The position numbers and the translations under genes are program-made. The notes under the pieces were generated by a model that was not told the origin of the DNA, ran no database searches, and worked only from the letters and a program-made list of their open reading frames with translations. From Macrostomum lignano (taxonomy: Eukaryota), in contig NIVC01002236.1 of the NCBI GenBank assembly GCA_002269645.1, forward strand, positions 124,001-188,000: a stretch of 64,000 nucleotides of DNA, written 5' to 3'. Positions 26,700-42,600 of this stretch are shown here, in pieces. The stretch's first letter is position 1, and every line of letters begins with the position of its first letter.

Positions 26700-27012
26700 G
26701 CATGTACTCACACTCACTCTCACACTCCCGCTCACACTCACTCTCACACTCCCGCTCACACTCACTCTCACACTCACTCTCTCACTCCCTCTCTCAATCA
26801 CTCTCACGCTCTCTCACACTCACTCTCACTCTCACACTCACTCTCACTCGCTCACACTCACTCTCAACTCCCTCTCACACTCACTCTCACTCGCTCACAC
26901 TCACTCTCACTCGCTCACACTCACTCTCACTCGCTCACACTCACTCTCACTCGCTCACACTCACTCTCACTCACTCACACTCACTCTCACTCGCTCACAC
27001 TCACTCTCACTC
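26700..27012. repeat. (CACACTCACTCT)-type microsatellite, left part (array split by the LINE)
   Basis: Direct reading; continues at 28776. Confidence 0.95.
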
Positions 27013-29790
<2,778 letters not shown>

Positions 29791-30249
29791 AGAGAGAGGG
29801 GAGGAGAGAGGGGAGGAGAGAATCGAGACTAGACACTAACTTTAGGCAGGGCCGGATTGCTATTGTGAAGTTTCAAAAAGGACCAGAGTGGGTCGGATAG
29901 AGAGGCTTCGCGTTCTGCATGCCTTTTAAAGCCTTTTATATTTTTTAATAAGAATAAATATTTGTTGATATTTTTATCTTTAGCAAGTTTTTAACAGTTT
30001 TTTCCCCTTGCTTGCTGGGCTGGAGTTTCCCACCCCTGTGAGTCTACAAGATACTGTTCCGTGTACACAGTTACACAGTCGAGAGCATATTCACATTAAA
30101 ACTGGTACGAGTATATATCTGCAGCTTTATTTCAATGAGCCATCAGCAAAAAGAATTAAGTAATTATTTTTTCTCGTTCCCCTATAGGTACCCCTTTGTA
30201 TGAAATATGATTGAATATTCAATGGCCTTAGAGTGAGTGTAAAAAGAGG

Positions 30250-31680
30250 CTGAGAGTGGGGAGAGGCTGAGAGTGGGGAGAGGCTGAGAGTGGGGAGAGG
30301 CTGAGAGTGGAGAGAGGCTGAGAGTGGGGAGAGGCTGAGAGTTGAGAGAGGCTGAGAGTTGAGAGAGGCTGAGAGTTGAGAGAGGCTGAGAGTTGAGAGG
30401 CTGAGAGTTGAGAGAGGCTGAGAGTTGAGAGAGGCTGAAAGTTGAGAGGCTGAGAGTGGGGAGGGCTGAGAGTGGAGAGAGGCTGAGAGTTGAGAGAGGC
30501 TGAAAGTTGAGAGGCTGAGAGTGGGGAGGGCTGAGAGTGGAGAGAGGCTGAGAGTGGAGAGAGGCTGAGAGTTGAGAGAGGCTGAAAGTTGAGAGGCTGA
30601 GAGTGGGGAGGGCTGAGAGTGGAGAGAGGCTGAGAGTTGAGAGAGGCTGAAAGTTGAGAGGCTGAGAGTGGGGAGGGCTGAGAGTTGAGAGAGGCTGAGA
30701 GTTGAGAGAGGCTGAGAGTTGAGAGAGGCTGAGAGTTGAGAGGCTGAGAGTTGAGAGAGGCTGAGAGTTGAGAGAGGCTGAGAGTTGAGAGAGGCTGAAA
30801 GTTGAGAGGCTGAGAGTGGAGAGAGGCTGAGAGTTGAGAGAGGCTGAAAGTTGAGAGGCTGAGAGTGGGGAGGGCTGAGAGTGGAGAGAGGCTGAGAGTT
30901 GAGAGAGGCTGAAAGTTGAGAGGCTGAGAGTGGGGAGGGCTGAGAGTGGAGAGAGGCTGAGAGTTGAGAGAGGCTGAGAGTTGAGAGAGGCTGAGAGTTG
31001 AGAGAGGCTGAGAGTTGAGAGAGGCTGAGAGTGGAGAGAGGCTGAGAGTGGAGAGAGGCTGAGAGTGGAGAGAGGCTGAGAGTTGAGAGAGGCTGAGAGT
31101 TGAGAGAGGCTGAGAGTTGAGAGAGGCTGAGAGTTGAGAGAGGCTGAGAGTTGAGAGAGGCTGAGAGTTGAGAGGCTGAGAGTTGAGAGAGGCTGAGAGT
31201 TGAGAGAGGCTGAAAGTTGAGAGGCTGAGAGTGGGGAGGGCTGAGAGTGGAGAGAGGCTGAGAGTTGAGAGAGGCTGAGAGTGGAGAGAGGCTGAGAGTT
31301 GAGAGAGGCTGAGAGTGGAGAGGCTGAGAGTGGAGAGGCTGAGGGTGGAGAGAGGCTGAGAGTGGAGAGGCTGAGAGTGGAGAGGCTGAGAGTGGAGAGG
31401 CTGAGAGTGGAGAGGCTGAGAGTGGAGAGGCTGAGAGTGGAGAGGCTGAGAGTGGAGAGGCTGAGAGTGGAGAGGCTGAGAGTGGAGAGAGGCTGAGAGT
31501 TGAGAGAGGCTGAGAGTGGAGAGAGGCTGAGAGTTGAGAGGCTGAGGGTGGAAAGGCTGAGGGTGGAGAGATGCTGAGAGTGGAGAGAAGCTGAGAGTGG
31601 AAAGAGGCTGAGAGTTGAGAGGCTGAGGGTGGAGAGGCTGAGGGTGGAGAGAGGCGAGGCTGAGAGTGGAGAGAGGCTGA
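30250..31680. repeat. 15/17-bp minisatellite (gagaggctgagagt[t/g])
   Basis: Direct reading. Confidence 0.96.
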
Positions 31681-32835
31681 GAACCGCAATGTTTAACTTT
31701 TCAACTACTGACAAAATGAGTAGTATGCCACTGATTTGTTTATTTTTACACACACATGTCCGAACTTCTGAAATGGTCTTCTACACTGGACCGTTGTGAG
31801 GCCTTCCGGTTAGTTTGTTGGTGTTGGTTACGTGCGACTGCTACTGGCTGCTTGTGGAGTCCAATGGTTTATGGTGGGGAGTCAATGGTGGGGAGATGCG
31901 TGGGATAGAGGGTGGGAGATGTTGGATAGAGGGTGGGAGATGTTGGATAGAGGTTGGGAGATGTGGGATAGAGGGTGGGAGATGTGAGATAGAGGGTGGG
32001 AGATGTGGGATAGAGGGTGGGAGATGTGAGATAGAGGGTAGGAGATGTGGGATAGAGGGTGAGAAATGTGAGATAGAGGGTGGGAGATGTGGGATAGAGG
32101 GTGGGAGATGTGGGATAGAGGGTGGGAGATTTGGGATAGAAGGTGGGAGATGTAGGATGGAGGTTTGGAGATATGAGATAGAGGGTGTAAGAAGTATTAT
32201 AAAAACAGTGCAATGATATTAGTCAAATAAGAAACGTTTTAATGTACTCGTATTTGAGAAAAAATGTAAAATATTGCTAACGTTCTAAGCACCAATCTGC
32301 GAGATCGGCCCTCTGTACCTTTCCCTCCTGTTAATTCCCTTCTGCAAGCAGCAATTGCTGCTAATTCCCCCAGACCCCAACTGCTATTCCATCCGGTACA
32401 GAGTTGGCACCATTCAGCGGGGGTCCGGGGGTCACTCGGCCGTCGCGCCGACCCCCCGCAGCGCTCGCAGCCGCCGCAGCCGCGCCCGCCTCGTGCCGCT
32501 GCCGCCCCCGCCGTGCCGCAGTTTTCCCAGGCTGAAAACGTCACTGCAGCTGGGGGATTTGCGGCTCTCCGCAGCTCAACTGTCTATGGCCGGCCTCCCG
32601 CTGCGGCTGGGGACTCTCATTGGCTCTGAGCTGCCAGCCAATAGGAGCGAAGCTGCCCCCACTCAGCCTGAGGCGGCTGGGTTGGCGACCTGGGAGACAC
32701 CTTAAAACTGTGGCTCACCAGAAATGTTGGTTCTTCATTGTTGCTGAGCACGGAGTCCGCCGGTCCGGGCTTCTGATAAAAACTCTCAACTCTTCACCTG
32801 CCGTGTGCTTGATTTACCAATTTTTCACTCTGGAA

Positions 32836-33853
32836 ATGAGCTGCACCTCTGCATCTAGCGACGTAAGTTTTGTGACTTCAATTTTGGTGTTTAGATAGAT
32901 AGATCCTATCTCAACCCCATCTCAAATCCCATCTCAATCCCATCTCAATCCCATCTCAATCCCATCTCCATCCCACCTCAAATCCCACCTCAATCCCATC
33001 TCAATCCCACCTCAATTCCATCTCAACCCCATCTCAAATCCCATCTCAATCCCACCTCAATCCCATCTCAACCCCATCTCAATCCCATATCAATCCCATC
33101 TCAATCCCATCTCAATCCCATCTCCATCCCACCTCAAATCCCACCTCAATCCCATCTCAATCCCACCTCAATTCCATCTCAACCCCATCTCAATCCCATC
33201 TCAATCCCACCTCAATCCCATCTCAATCCCATCTCAATCAAATCTCAACCCCATCTCAATCCCATCTCAATCCCATCTCAATCCCATCTCAATCCCACCT
33301 CAATCCCATCTCAATCCCATCTCAACCCCATCTCAATCCCATCTCAATCCCACCTCAATCAAATCTCAACCCCATCTCAATCCCATCTCAATCCCATCTC
33401 AATCCCATCTCAATCCCACCTCAATCCCATCTCAATCCCATCTCAACCCCATCTCAATCCCATCTCAATCCCACCTCAATCCCAATTCCAGATGAGCTGC
33501 AACGCCAGCAGCTGCAGCAGCGGCAGCATGGATGAGCAGCGGGAGCTCTTCAAGACTGAGCTGTGCCGCTACTTTGAGGTACAGTGCAGCGCTGAGTTTG
33601 AGTTCCTACTCATGTAATCATACCCACCCAGTAACATGCACATGATCCCTTCATTTACCTGCATACCCACCTCTCACCACACTGACAGATGGGCAGGCCG
33701 TGTCCCTACTCAAGCAGCTGCAAGTTCGCTCACGGCCAGTGTGAGCTGCAGCAGCGGCAGAGGCCGAGGAACTACAAAACCAAGCAGTGCCGCTCATTCC
33801 ACGGGCCGTCAGGGATTTGCAAATACGGCTCTCGATGCCAATTCCTGCACTGA
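32836..33853 (+). CDS. Tandem CCCH zinc-finger mini-protein, copy B; exons 32836-32862, 33492-33578, 33689-33853 (92 aa)
   Basis: Same exon sizes (27/87/165 nt) and splice sites as copy A; all 8 Zn ligands intact; AATAAA near 34150. Confidence 0.85.
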
Positions 33854-34269
33854 AAAATCGCTAAATGCCCTATGCGCTTCGATTGCTACTCACAACAGTA
33901 GTGTTTTGATATCAGCTGCGATTGACTGATCTTCAATGATTCTGTAAATATGCTTTCATACCCGCTTCGGCGATTTTCTTACCGTAGTATTTTGTTGAGG
34001 TTTTATTTATTAATATACATTGCTGTCAAGTCAACGCCTTTCTGCTCCTAATATCCAGCTGTTTAATAATATTTCCATTTGCTTTGTTGTATTATGGTAA
34101 TATTTAACTGTATCTGCACTTACGCTGTCCTCTGTCATGTCACATTATTAATAAAAGATTTTATTTCTGATCCAATATGAAGTGCTTGAATGAATTTCAA
34201 TCGTTTCCTTACCGCGCAAATCAGCTCGTAATGACCAAGATTTAATTTGATCGCCTAAAGAGAACTGTG

Positions 34270-35640
34270 CATTTTACTGCACCTCCCTGCATCTCCCTGC
34301 ACCTCCCTACATCTCCCTGCCCCTCCCTGCACCTCCCTACATCCTATTCGTCCCCCTGCACCTCCCTGCATCTCCCTGCACCTCCCAACATCTCCCTGCC
34401 CCTCCCTGCACCTCCCTGCACCTGCCTGCATCTCCCTGAATCTCCCTACATCCTATGCATCCCCCCTGCATCTCCCTGCATCTCCCTATATCCTATGCAT
34501 CCCCCCTGCATCTCCCTGCATCTCCCTATATCCTATGCATCCCCCTGCATCTCCCTGAATCTCCCTACATCCTATGCATCCCCCTGCATCTCCCTGAATC
34601 TCCCTGCACCTCCCTACATCTCCCTGCCCCTCCCTGCACCTCCCTGCACCTGCCTGCATCTCCCTGAATCTCCCTACATCCTATGCATCCCCCCTGCATC
34701 TCCCTGCATCTCCCTATATCCTATGCATCCCCCTGCATCTCCCTGAATCTCCCTGCACCTCCCTACATCTCCCTGCCCCTCCCTGCACCTCCCTGCACCT
34801 GCCTGCATCTCCCTGAATCTCCCTACATACTATGCATCCCCCCTGCATCTCCCTGCATCTCCCTATATCCTATGCATCCCCCTGCATCTCTCTGCACCTC
34901 CCTACATCCTCTGCATCCCCCTGCATCTCCCTGCACCTCCCTGCATCCCCCTGCATCTCTCTAACCTCCCTACATCCTATGCATTCCCCTGCATCTCTCT
35001 GCGCCTCACTACATCCTCTGCATCTCCCTGCATCTCCCTACATTTCCCTACATCCTATGCATCCCCCTGCATCTCCCTGCATCTCCCTACATCCTATGCA
35101 TCCCCCTGCATGTTCCTGCACCTCTCTACATCCTCTGCGTCCCCCTGCACCTCCCTGCATCTCCCTGCACCTCCCTGCATCCTGAGCATCCCTCTGAATC
35201 TCCCTGCATCTACCTACATCCTATGCATACCCCTGCATCTCCCTGCACCTCCCTACATTCTATGCATCCCCCTGCATCTTAATGCACCTCTCTACATCCT
35301 CTGCGCCCCCTTCATCTCCCTGCATCTCCCTGCACCTCCCTGCACATCCCTACATCCTATACATCCCCTGCATCTCCCTGCACATCCCTACATCCTATGC
35401 ATCCCCCTGCACCTCCCTGCACATCCCTACATCCTATGCATCCCCTGCATCTTCCTGCCCCTGCATCCCAAGCATCTCCCTGCATCCCACGCATCTCCCT
35501 ATATCTTAAGCATCTCCCTGCATCCCACGCATCTCCCTATATCCCAAGCATCTTCCTGCATCCCAAGCATCTCCCTGCATCCCATGCATCTTCCTGCATC
35601 CCAAGCATCTCCCTGCATCCCAAGCATCTCCCTGAATCTC
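34270..35640. repeat. Degenerate (ccctgcatct/ccctacatcctatgcat) minisatellite
   Basis: Direct reading. Confidence 0.92.
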
Positions 35641-36119
35641 ATTCCACTTCAACTCCAAAAGCTACCGAAATGCTGAGGGATAGCATTTCGAAGACATTTT
35701 TCTAACTTTCTCAACATTACTGAGCTCAAGTAATTTGACTTTCAGATCCCAGGTTCTGAAACTGTTTGCTTAAAAGCTTTAATAAACAATTTGTATGCCC
35801 AGTAATTACCAGTTAATTTCTGTAAGGCAGTCTTGGCAACCACAGAATCGCATTGTTTAGCTCCAACTACTGATATAAGTAGTATGCGATAACCGGCTTC
35901 TGATTTGTTTATTTTTACACACACATGTCCGAACTTGTGAAATATGACAATAGAACTAATTATGAGCCAATGTATGACGTGCACATTCTCTCGTGTTCAT
36001 TGCAGCTTCAATACTGACCGCTGTCAGACCCTCCTGTTTCTTTGTGATTACGGTTTTATACCAGTGAAGTAGGGCACATGACCTGATGGGGAGGTCTGGG
36101 GCAAAGGGTGAGAGACGCG

Positions 36120-36590
36120 TCACATGCAGGGGGATGCATAGGATATAGGGAGATTCAGGGAGATGCAGGGGGGATGCATAGGATGTAGGGAGATGCAGGG
36201 GGATGCATAGGATGTAGGGAGATGCAGTGGGATGCATAGGATGTAGGGAGATGCAGGGGGATGCATAGGATGTAGGGAGATGCAGGGAGATGCAGGGGGA
36301 TGCATAGGATGTAGGGAGGTGCAGGGAGGTGCAGGGAGGTGCAGGGAGATGTTGGGAGGTGCAGGGAGATGCAGGGAGGTGCAGGGGGACGAATAGGATG
36401 TAGGGAGGTGCAGGGAGGGGCAGGGAGATGTAGGGAGGTGCAGGAAGATGCAGGGAGGTGCAGGGGGACGAATAGGATGTAGGGAGGTGCGTGCACGGAG
36501 ATGCAGGGGGACGAATAGGATGTAGAGAGGAGCAGGGAGGGGCAGAGAGATGTAGGGAGGTGCAGGGAGATGCAGGGAGGTGCAGTAAAG
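36120..36590. repeat. Reverse-orientation copy of the gggagatgca minisatellite
   Basis: Reverse complement of the 34270-34700 pattern. Confidence 0.9.
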
Positions 36591-37017
36591 TGCACAGTTG
36601 TCTTTAAGCGATCAAATTAAATCTTGGTCATTACGAGCTGCTTTGTGCGGTAAGGAAACGATTGAAATTCATTCAAGCACTTCATATTGGATCAGAAATA
36701 GAATCTTTTATTAATAATGTGACATGACACACAGAACAGCGTAGGTGCAGATACAGCTAATACTCGTTTTACCATAATACAACAAAGCAAATAGAAATAT
36801 TATTAAACAGCTGGATATTAGGAGCAGAAAGGCATTGACTTGACAGCAATGTATATTAATAAATAAAACCTCAACAAAACACTACGGTAAGAAAATCGCC
36901 GAAACGGGTAGGAAAGCATATTTACAGAATCATTGAAGATCAGGTTCACTCGCAGCTGATATCAAAACACTACTGTTGTGAGTAGCAATCGAAGCGCATA
37001 GGGCATTTAGCGATTTT

Positions 37018-37620
37018 TCAGTGCAGGAATTGGCATCGAGAGCCGTATTTGCAAATCCCTGACGGCCCGTGGAATGAGCGGCACTGCTTGGTTTTGTAGT
37101 TCCTCGGTCTCTGCCGCTGCTTCAGCTCACACTGGCCGTGAGCGAATTTGCAGCTGCTTGAGTAGGGACACGGCCTGCCCATCTGTCAGTGTGGTGAGAG
37201 GTGGGTATGCAGGTAAATGAAGGGATCATGTGCATGTTCCTGGGTGGGTATGATTACATGAGAAGGTACTCGACTCAGCACTTTACTGTACCTCAAAGTA
37301 GCGACACAGCTCAGTCTTGAAGAGCTCCCGCTGCTCATCCAGGCTGCCGCTGCTGCAGCTGCTGGCGTTGCAGCTCATCTGGAATTGGGATGGAGATGGG
37401 ATTGAGATGGGATTGAGGTGGGATTGAGATGGGATTGAGATGGGATTGAGATGGGGTTGAGGTGGGATTGAGATGGGATTGAGATGGGATTGAGATGGGG
37501 TTGAGATGGGATTGAGATGGGGTTGAGATGGGATTGAGGTGGGATTGAGATGGGATTGAGATGGGATTGAGATGGGATTGAGATGGGATTGAGATTTGAT
37601 TGAGATGGGATTGAGATGGG

Positions 37621-37663
<43 letters not shown>

Positions 37664-37695
37664 AATCTCTCTATCTATCTATCTATCTATCTATG

Positions 37696-37765
<70 letters not shown>

Positions 37766-37821
37766 AACACCAAAATTGAAGTCACAAAACTTACGTCGCT
37801 AGATGCAGAGGTGCAGCTCAT
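37018..37821 (-). CDS. Tandem CCCH zinc-finger mini-protein, copy C; exons 37821-37795, 37378-37292, 37182-37018 (92 aa)
   Basis: Inverted copy of B/A with intact ORF and splice sites. Confidence 0.85.
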
Positions 37822-38379
37822 TTCCAGAGTGAAAAATTGGTAAATCAAGCACACGGCAGGTGAAGAGTTGAGAGTCTTTATCAGAAGCCCGGACCGGCGG
37901 ACTCCGTGCTCAGCAACAATGAAGAACCAACATTTCTGGTGAGCCACAGTTTTAAGGTGTCTCCCAGGTCGCCAACCCAGCCGCCTCAGGCTGAGTGGGG
38001 GCAGCTTCGCTCCTATTGGCTGGCAGCTCAGAGCCAATGAGAGTCCCCAGCCGCAGCGGGAGGCCGGCCATAGACAGTTGAGCTGCGGAGAGCCGCAAAT
38101 CCCCCAGCTGCAGTGACGCTCGGGTTTTCAGCCTGGGAAAACTGCGGCACAGCGGGGGGCGGCAGCGGCACGAGGCGGGCGCGGCTGCGGCGGCTGCGAG
38201 CGCTGCGGGGGGTCGGCGCGACGGCCGGGTGACCCCCGGACCCCCGCTGAATGGTGCCAACTCTGTACCGGATGGAATAGCAGTTGGGGTCTGAGGGAAT
38301 TAGCAGCAATTGCTGCTTGCAGAAGGGAATTAACAGGAGGGAAAGGTACAGATCAGGGTCGATCTCTGTGTTTCCATCC

Positions 38380-38521
38380 TTCACTGTTTCTCTATCTCCC
38401 TCTCACTGTTTCTGTCTCCCTCTTACTGTCTCTCTATCACCCTCCATCCCTGTTACTCTGTGTCTTTGTCCCTCATCTCTCTATCTCCCCCTCACTCTCT
38501 CCCTCTCACTCACTCTCTCTC

Positions 38522-38573
<52 letters not shown>

Positions 38574-38589
38574 TCACTCACTCTCTCTC

Positions 38590-38627
<38 letters not shown>

Positions 38628-38700
38628 ACTTACTCTTTCACTGTCTCTATCTCCCTCTCTTCCGTCCTCTCAATTCCGCCTTCTCCGCCCTCCCCGCCCT
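38380..38700. repeat. (CT)n-rich microsatellite
   Basis: Direct reading. Confidence 0.9.
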
Positions 38701-39619
38701 CTCTTCGGCCTGGGGAGAAGCCTTGGGTGACTTGCATTTACTCTCATGTCAGCTACAGAGTTTTAACTCGAGTTTAGTCACTAACCGCTAATTAGCGCTG
38801 CATGTAGGATGTCTACAGCTTGGAAACAAGGATTAAAATGTGTTGTTTAATTTCTAAACCGGCCGAATTCCGTACCACAACGGAATTTTTGTTTATTTAT
38901 CTTAACATCCTTTCAAAGACAGCCACCATTTAATTGTTGGAGATTCTAATTGAAATTGTGATTTATGATGCGATAATTGGGTGACAATATTTTCTGAAAA
39001 GTCTATGCTCGTTCTAATGTTGTATTGGGGGGGGGGGCAAATTCAAAGCATGGATACTGCGTTTGTGGTGTTTTACGTCACTTTGAAGAATAGACCCAGT
39101 GCGGCCTACTAAGCCGCAAATAGCAGCAATATGCTTTCAACAAAACACTCTTTGAGATTGATGAGATTAATCGAGATCCGGAGAGGTGAGAAGAGAGAGC
39201 GGGAGAGAATAGCCGCAGATATGAGTATATGCATCAAAGGAAGTTCAATCAATCCCAACCAGGATTCACATCAAGTGATCACAGGTTTTTAATTCACCCA
39301 AAGCAATATTTTTTAATACTCAAAGCCCCTGGACCCCCTCCAAGAAGATATACAACGGAACAAAAACATTTGTCGCATAACACAACAGGGCATAAAGTAT
39401 CAAGTTACAGCGCGAGTGCTTATTGTAACAGTCGGAATTGTGCAGTCAAATTTCAATCTGCAGTGCGGCAAGTCATACGAGCCATATATCACTTGACGAA
39501 TGAAGACACGAACCATAAAATATATATTGACAGTAGCTGCATGCCTAACTTTAACTGCACTCGCTGGCTCCTTTGAGCTCCACCAAGGAGAAGCAGAAAT
39601 TATAACTTGATACAATTAC

Positions 39620-42600
39620 TCTCTCAGTTCCATGTATCTGCTGCTGGTGGTCTGGTCTGGTTCGCCCAGAGCCTGTGGCCTGACTTCTCTCTTTCATCAG
39701 GATCAACCCAGCCATGCGCTACAAGTATCAAATTGCCAAACCATATCTGGTTCAGTGGCAGGACCGAACAAACACATCCACGCAAAATCGTCTTCAATGC
39801 TTGCAGACTCCTGTAGGCACAGACAAATGTAGCTCAGTGGGGAATCCCAGAGTCATTGAAGGAAAGAAGTGACTCTCTAGAAGACTAAAATAATCGCATT
39901 TCAAATTTTTAGCAACTCTGTTTAGTCTACTTGAGTTAGTATAGAAGAAATTTTAACGCTAACACAACTTTGGACCATTTAAAACACGTAAAGCACTTGT
40001 GACTCAACAGTTGCCACTCCATCATCGCATTGCAGTCGTTTGAGTCGTTAAAAAGTCACAATTGAGTTGCCCCCGAGTCTCTAGAGTCAGTAGTAAGTTG
40101 TTTTCTTCAAAATGCTATATGATGAGGGAGATGTAGGGAGATACTGAGGGCAGATGTAAGGGGATACTGAGGGGAGATGTAGGGAGATACTGAGGGGAGT
40201 TGTAGGGAGATGCTATGAGATGTGAGGAGATGCTGTGAGGAGATGTAGGGAGATACTGAGGGGAGACGTAGGGGGATACTGATGGGAGATGTAGGGGGAT
40301 ACTGAGGGGGATATGCAGGGAGATACTCAGGAGATGTAGGGAGATGCTATGAGATGTGAGGAGATGCTGTGAGGAGATGTAGGGAGATGCTGTGAGATGT
40401 AGGGAGATACAGTGAGGAGATGTAGGGAGATACAGTGAGGAGATCTATGGAGATGCTATGAGATGTGAGGAGATGCTGTGAGGAGATGTAGGGAGATACA
40501 GAGATGTAGGGAGATGCTGTGAGATGTAGGGAGATGTAGGGAGATACAGTGAGGAGATGTAGGGAGATACAGTGAGGAGATGTAGGGAGATGCTGTGAGA
40601 TGTAGGGAGATGTAGGGAGATACAGTGAGGAGATGTAGGGAGATACAGTGAGGAGATGTAGGGAGATACAGTGAGGAGATGTAGGGAGATGCTGTGAGAT
40701 GTAGGGAGATACCCAGGCCAAATACGAAGAGTTCAGTCAGGTATTGAAGCCAGCCAGAGGTTGTCTATAACTAGGCTTAACTAGACTGAGTGTTGGCCAA
40801 CAAGAACCTCAGTTGCTGCCATGGTGGGCCTGTTTCGCACAGGGCACACACGAACAGGAATCTTACAATACAAACCAAAATGCAAACAATATGAATCAGC
40901 AGATGTTTTTCCGGTTGAAAAATTGATACACCCACGACTGTAACTGATATCAGTATCAATTGATAAAGACAATTAAGGCAACTGCAGTTTTGTTGCATTT
41001 TGTAAGAAAGCAGAGTTACCAGGCTAAAAGAATAACTTGTATATTCGAATATATTTAATAACAAATATAAAACATGCAAATTAACAATTATTTAGATGCA
41101 AAAAAGAGATCAGTTATTTTGAATGCTGCCAAAAAGGTGCAGAAAGTGTGTAACATTGTTCACGTTTACACAGACAGTTTCACTTAATATGAGGAGTCAT
41201 AAATTTCAGGATGCATCAAAAAGCGCGACACGGGCACGCAATCTAAAATATAACATTGTGACAAGCCTCTAAAAGCCATTTTATTTCTTTAAGATTATAC
41301 CTCCACACCCTGTATCTCCTCACATTACCTCCCTACATCTTACAGTTATCTACCTACATCTCTCACAGTATTTCCCAACATCTCTTCTCAGTATCTCCCA
41401 ACATCTCCTCACAGTATCTCCCAACATCTCCTCACAGTATCTCTTCACATTACCTCCCTATATCTCACTCAGTATCTCCCTACATCTCTTCTCAGTATCT
41501 CCCAACATGTCCTCACAGGATCTCCCTACATCTCTTCACAGTATCTCCCTACATCTCCCTTCAGTATCTCCCTACATCTCCCCCAGTATCTCCCTAAATC
41601 TCCCCTCAGTATCTCCCTACATCTCTTCTCAGTATCTCCCAACATGTCCTCACAGGATCTCCCTACATCTCTTCACAGTATCTCCCTACATCTCCCTTTA
41701 GTATCTCCCTACATCTCCGCTCAGTATCTCCCTACCTTTCATCACAGGATCTCCCTACATATCCGCTCAGTATCTCCTTACATCTCCCCTCAGTATCTCC
41801 CTACATCTCGCTACATAAAAGCACACGAATTTCAACTGGCCAACTCAAACAGCTGAGGTGCAACACTAACAAGAGCGGCTTCACCAACACGATTCAACAA
41901 AGCCGTCACCATGGCAACCGCATCGTTGCTAAGCAAATCAATACCAATCAAAGCCGATCGACTCACTAAAATTGGGGCAGTAAACAAATGAAACAATTTA
42001 ATGCTACTCTTCAAATTAGTTAATCCGTTAATCCAATAATTGGGATTATCATCAAATCCGACATGGCCCCTCTGCAAGCTACTGAGCAGTCTGTGCCAGT
42101 TTGGCCTACCAACAGCCAGCACAGTGAGCACAGCTTGAGCAGCAAGGAAAGCGGCCAGCCCAGCATTCGACATGGGCATATGCGGCCGATAAAATTTCCG
42201 ATAATAAACCAGATAAGGTAGCACAGCTAGGCAGACAGCTAAACCAATCAGTTCAAGGATGCTGGAGGGATCTGGTGGGAAATATCTGATGCCAGGAGTG
42301 AAGCTGTCAGCTGTCTGAAGAATTGCTACAGCTGGAGACCTGTTTGATTTCTGTGCAGTCTGGTAGTCTATTAGAGTTCGAAGTTTTTTAACCGAATCCA
42401 GTTTGGCCAGGTAGTTGCCGGGCAAAACTGCCAACCAGCTGGCGTGGGGGTCAGCTGAGGTCATGGCTGACAGGCACCACAACTGCGACTGGACTCTGGC
42501 GCTGGTGCTGCTGCGGTTGCTGCAATAGAAGTGACAGCAATATTGGTGATGTGATGTGACTGAATGTGATGAGATGAAGGGATGATTTACTCTCTCTAAT

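Noticed and set aside
29845-29860. CAGGGCCGGATT, resembling a hAT terminal repeat
   Set aside because: No matching inverted end or TSD found in the window.
33492-37378. Copy C as an A/B mosaic from gene conversion
   Set aside because: Sites where C matches A are equally explained by B-specific mutations; no conversion tract could be demonstrated.
39229-39832. Plus-strand ORFs 39229..39576, 39607..39816, 39632..39832
   Set aside because: No recognisable domains, AT-rich, no splice or promoter support.
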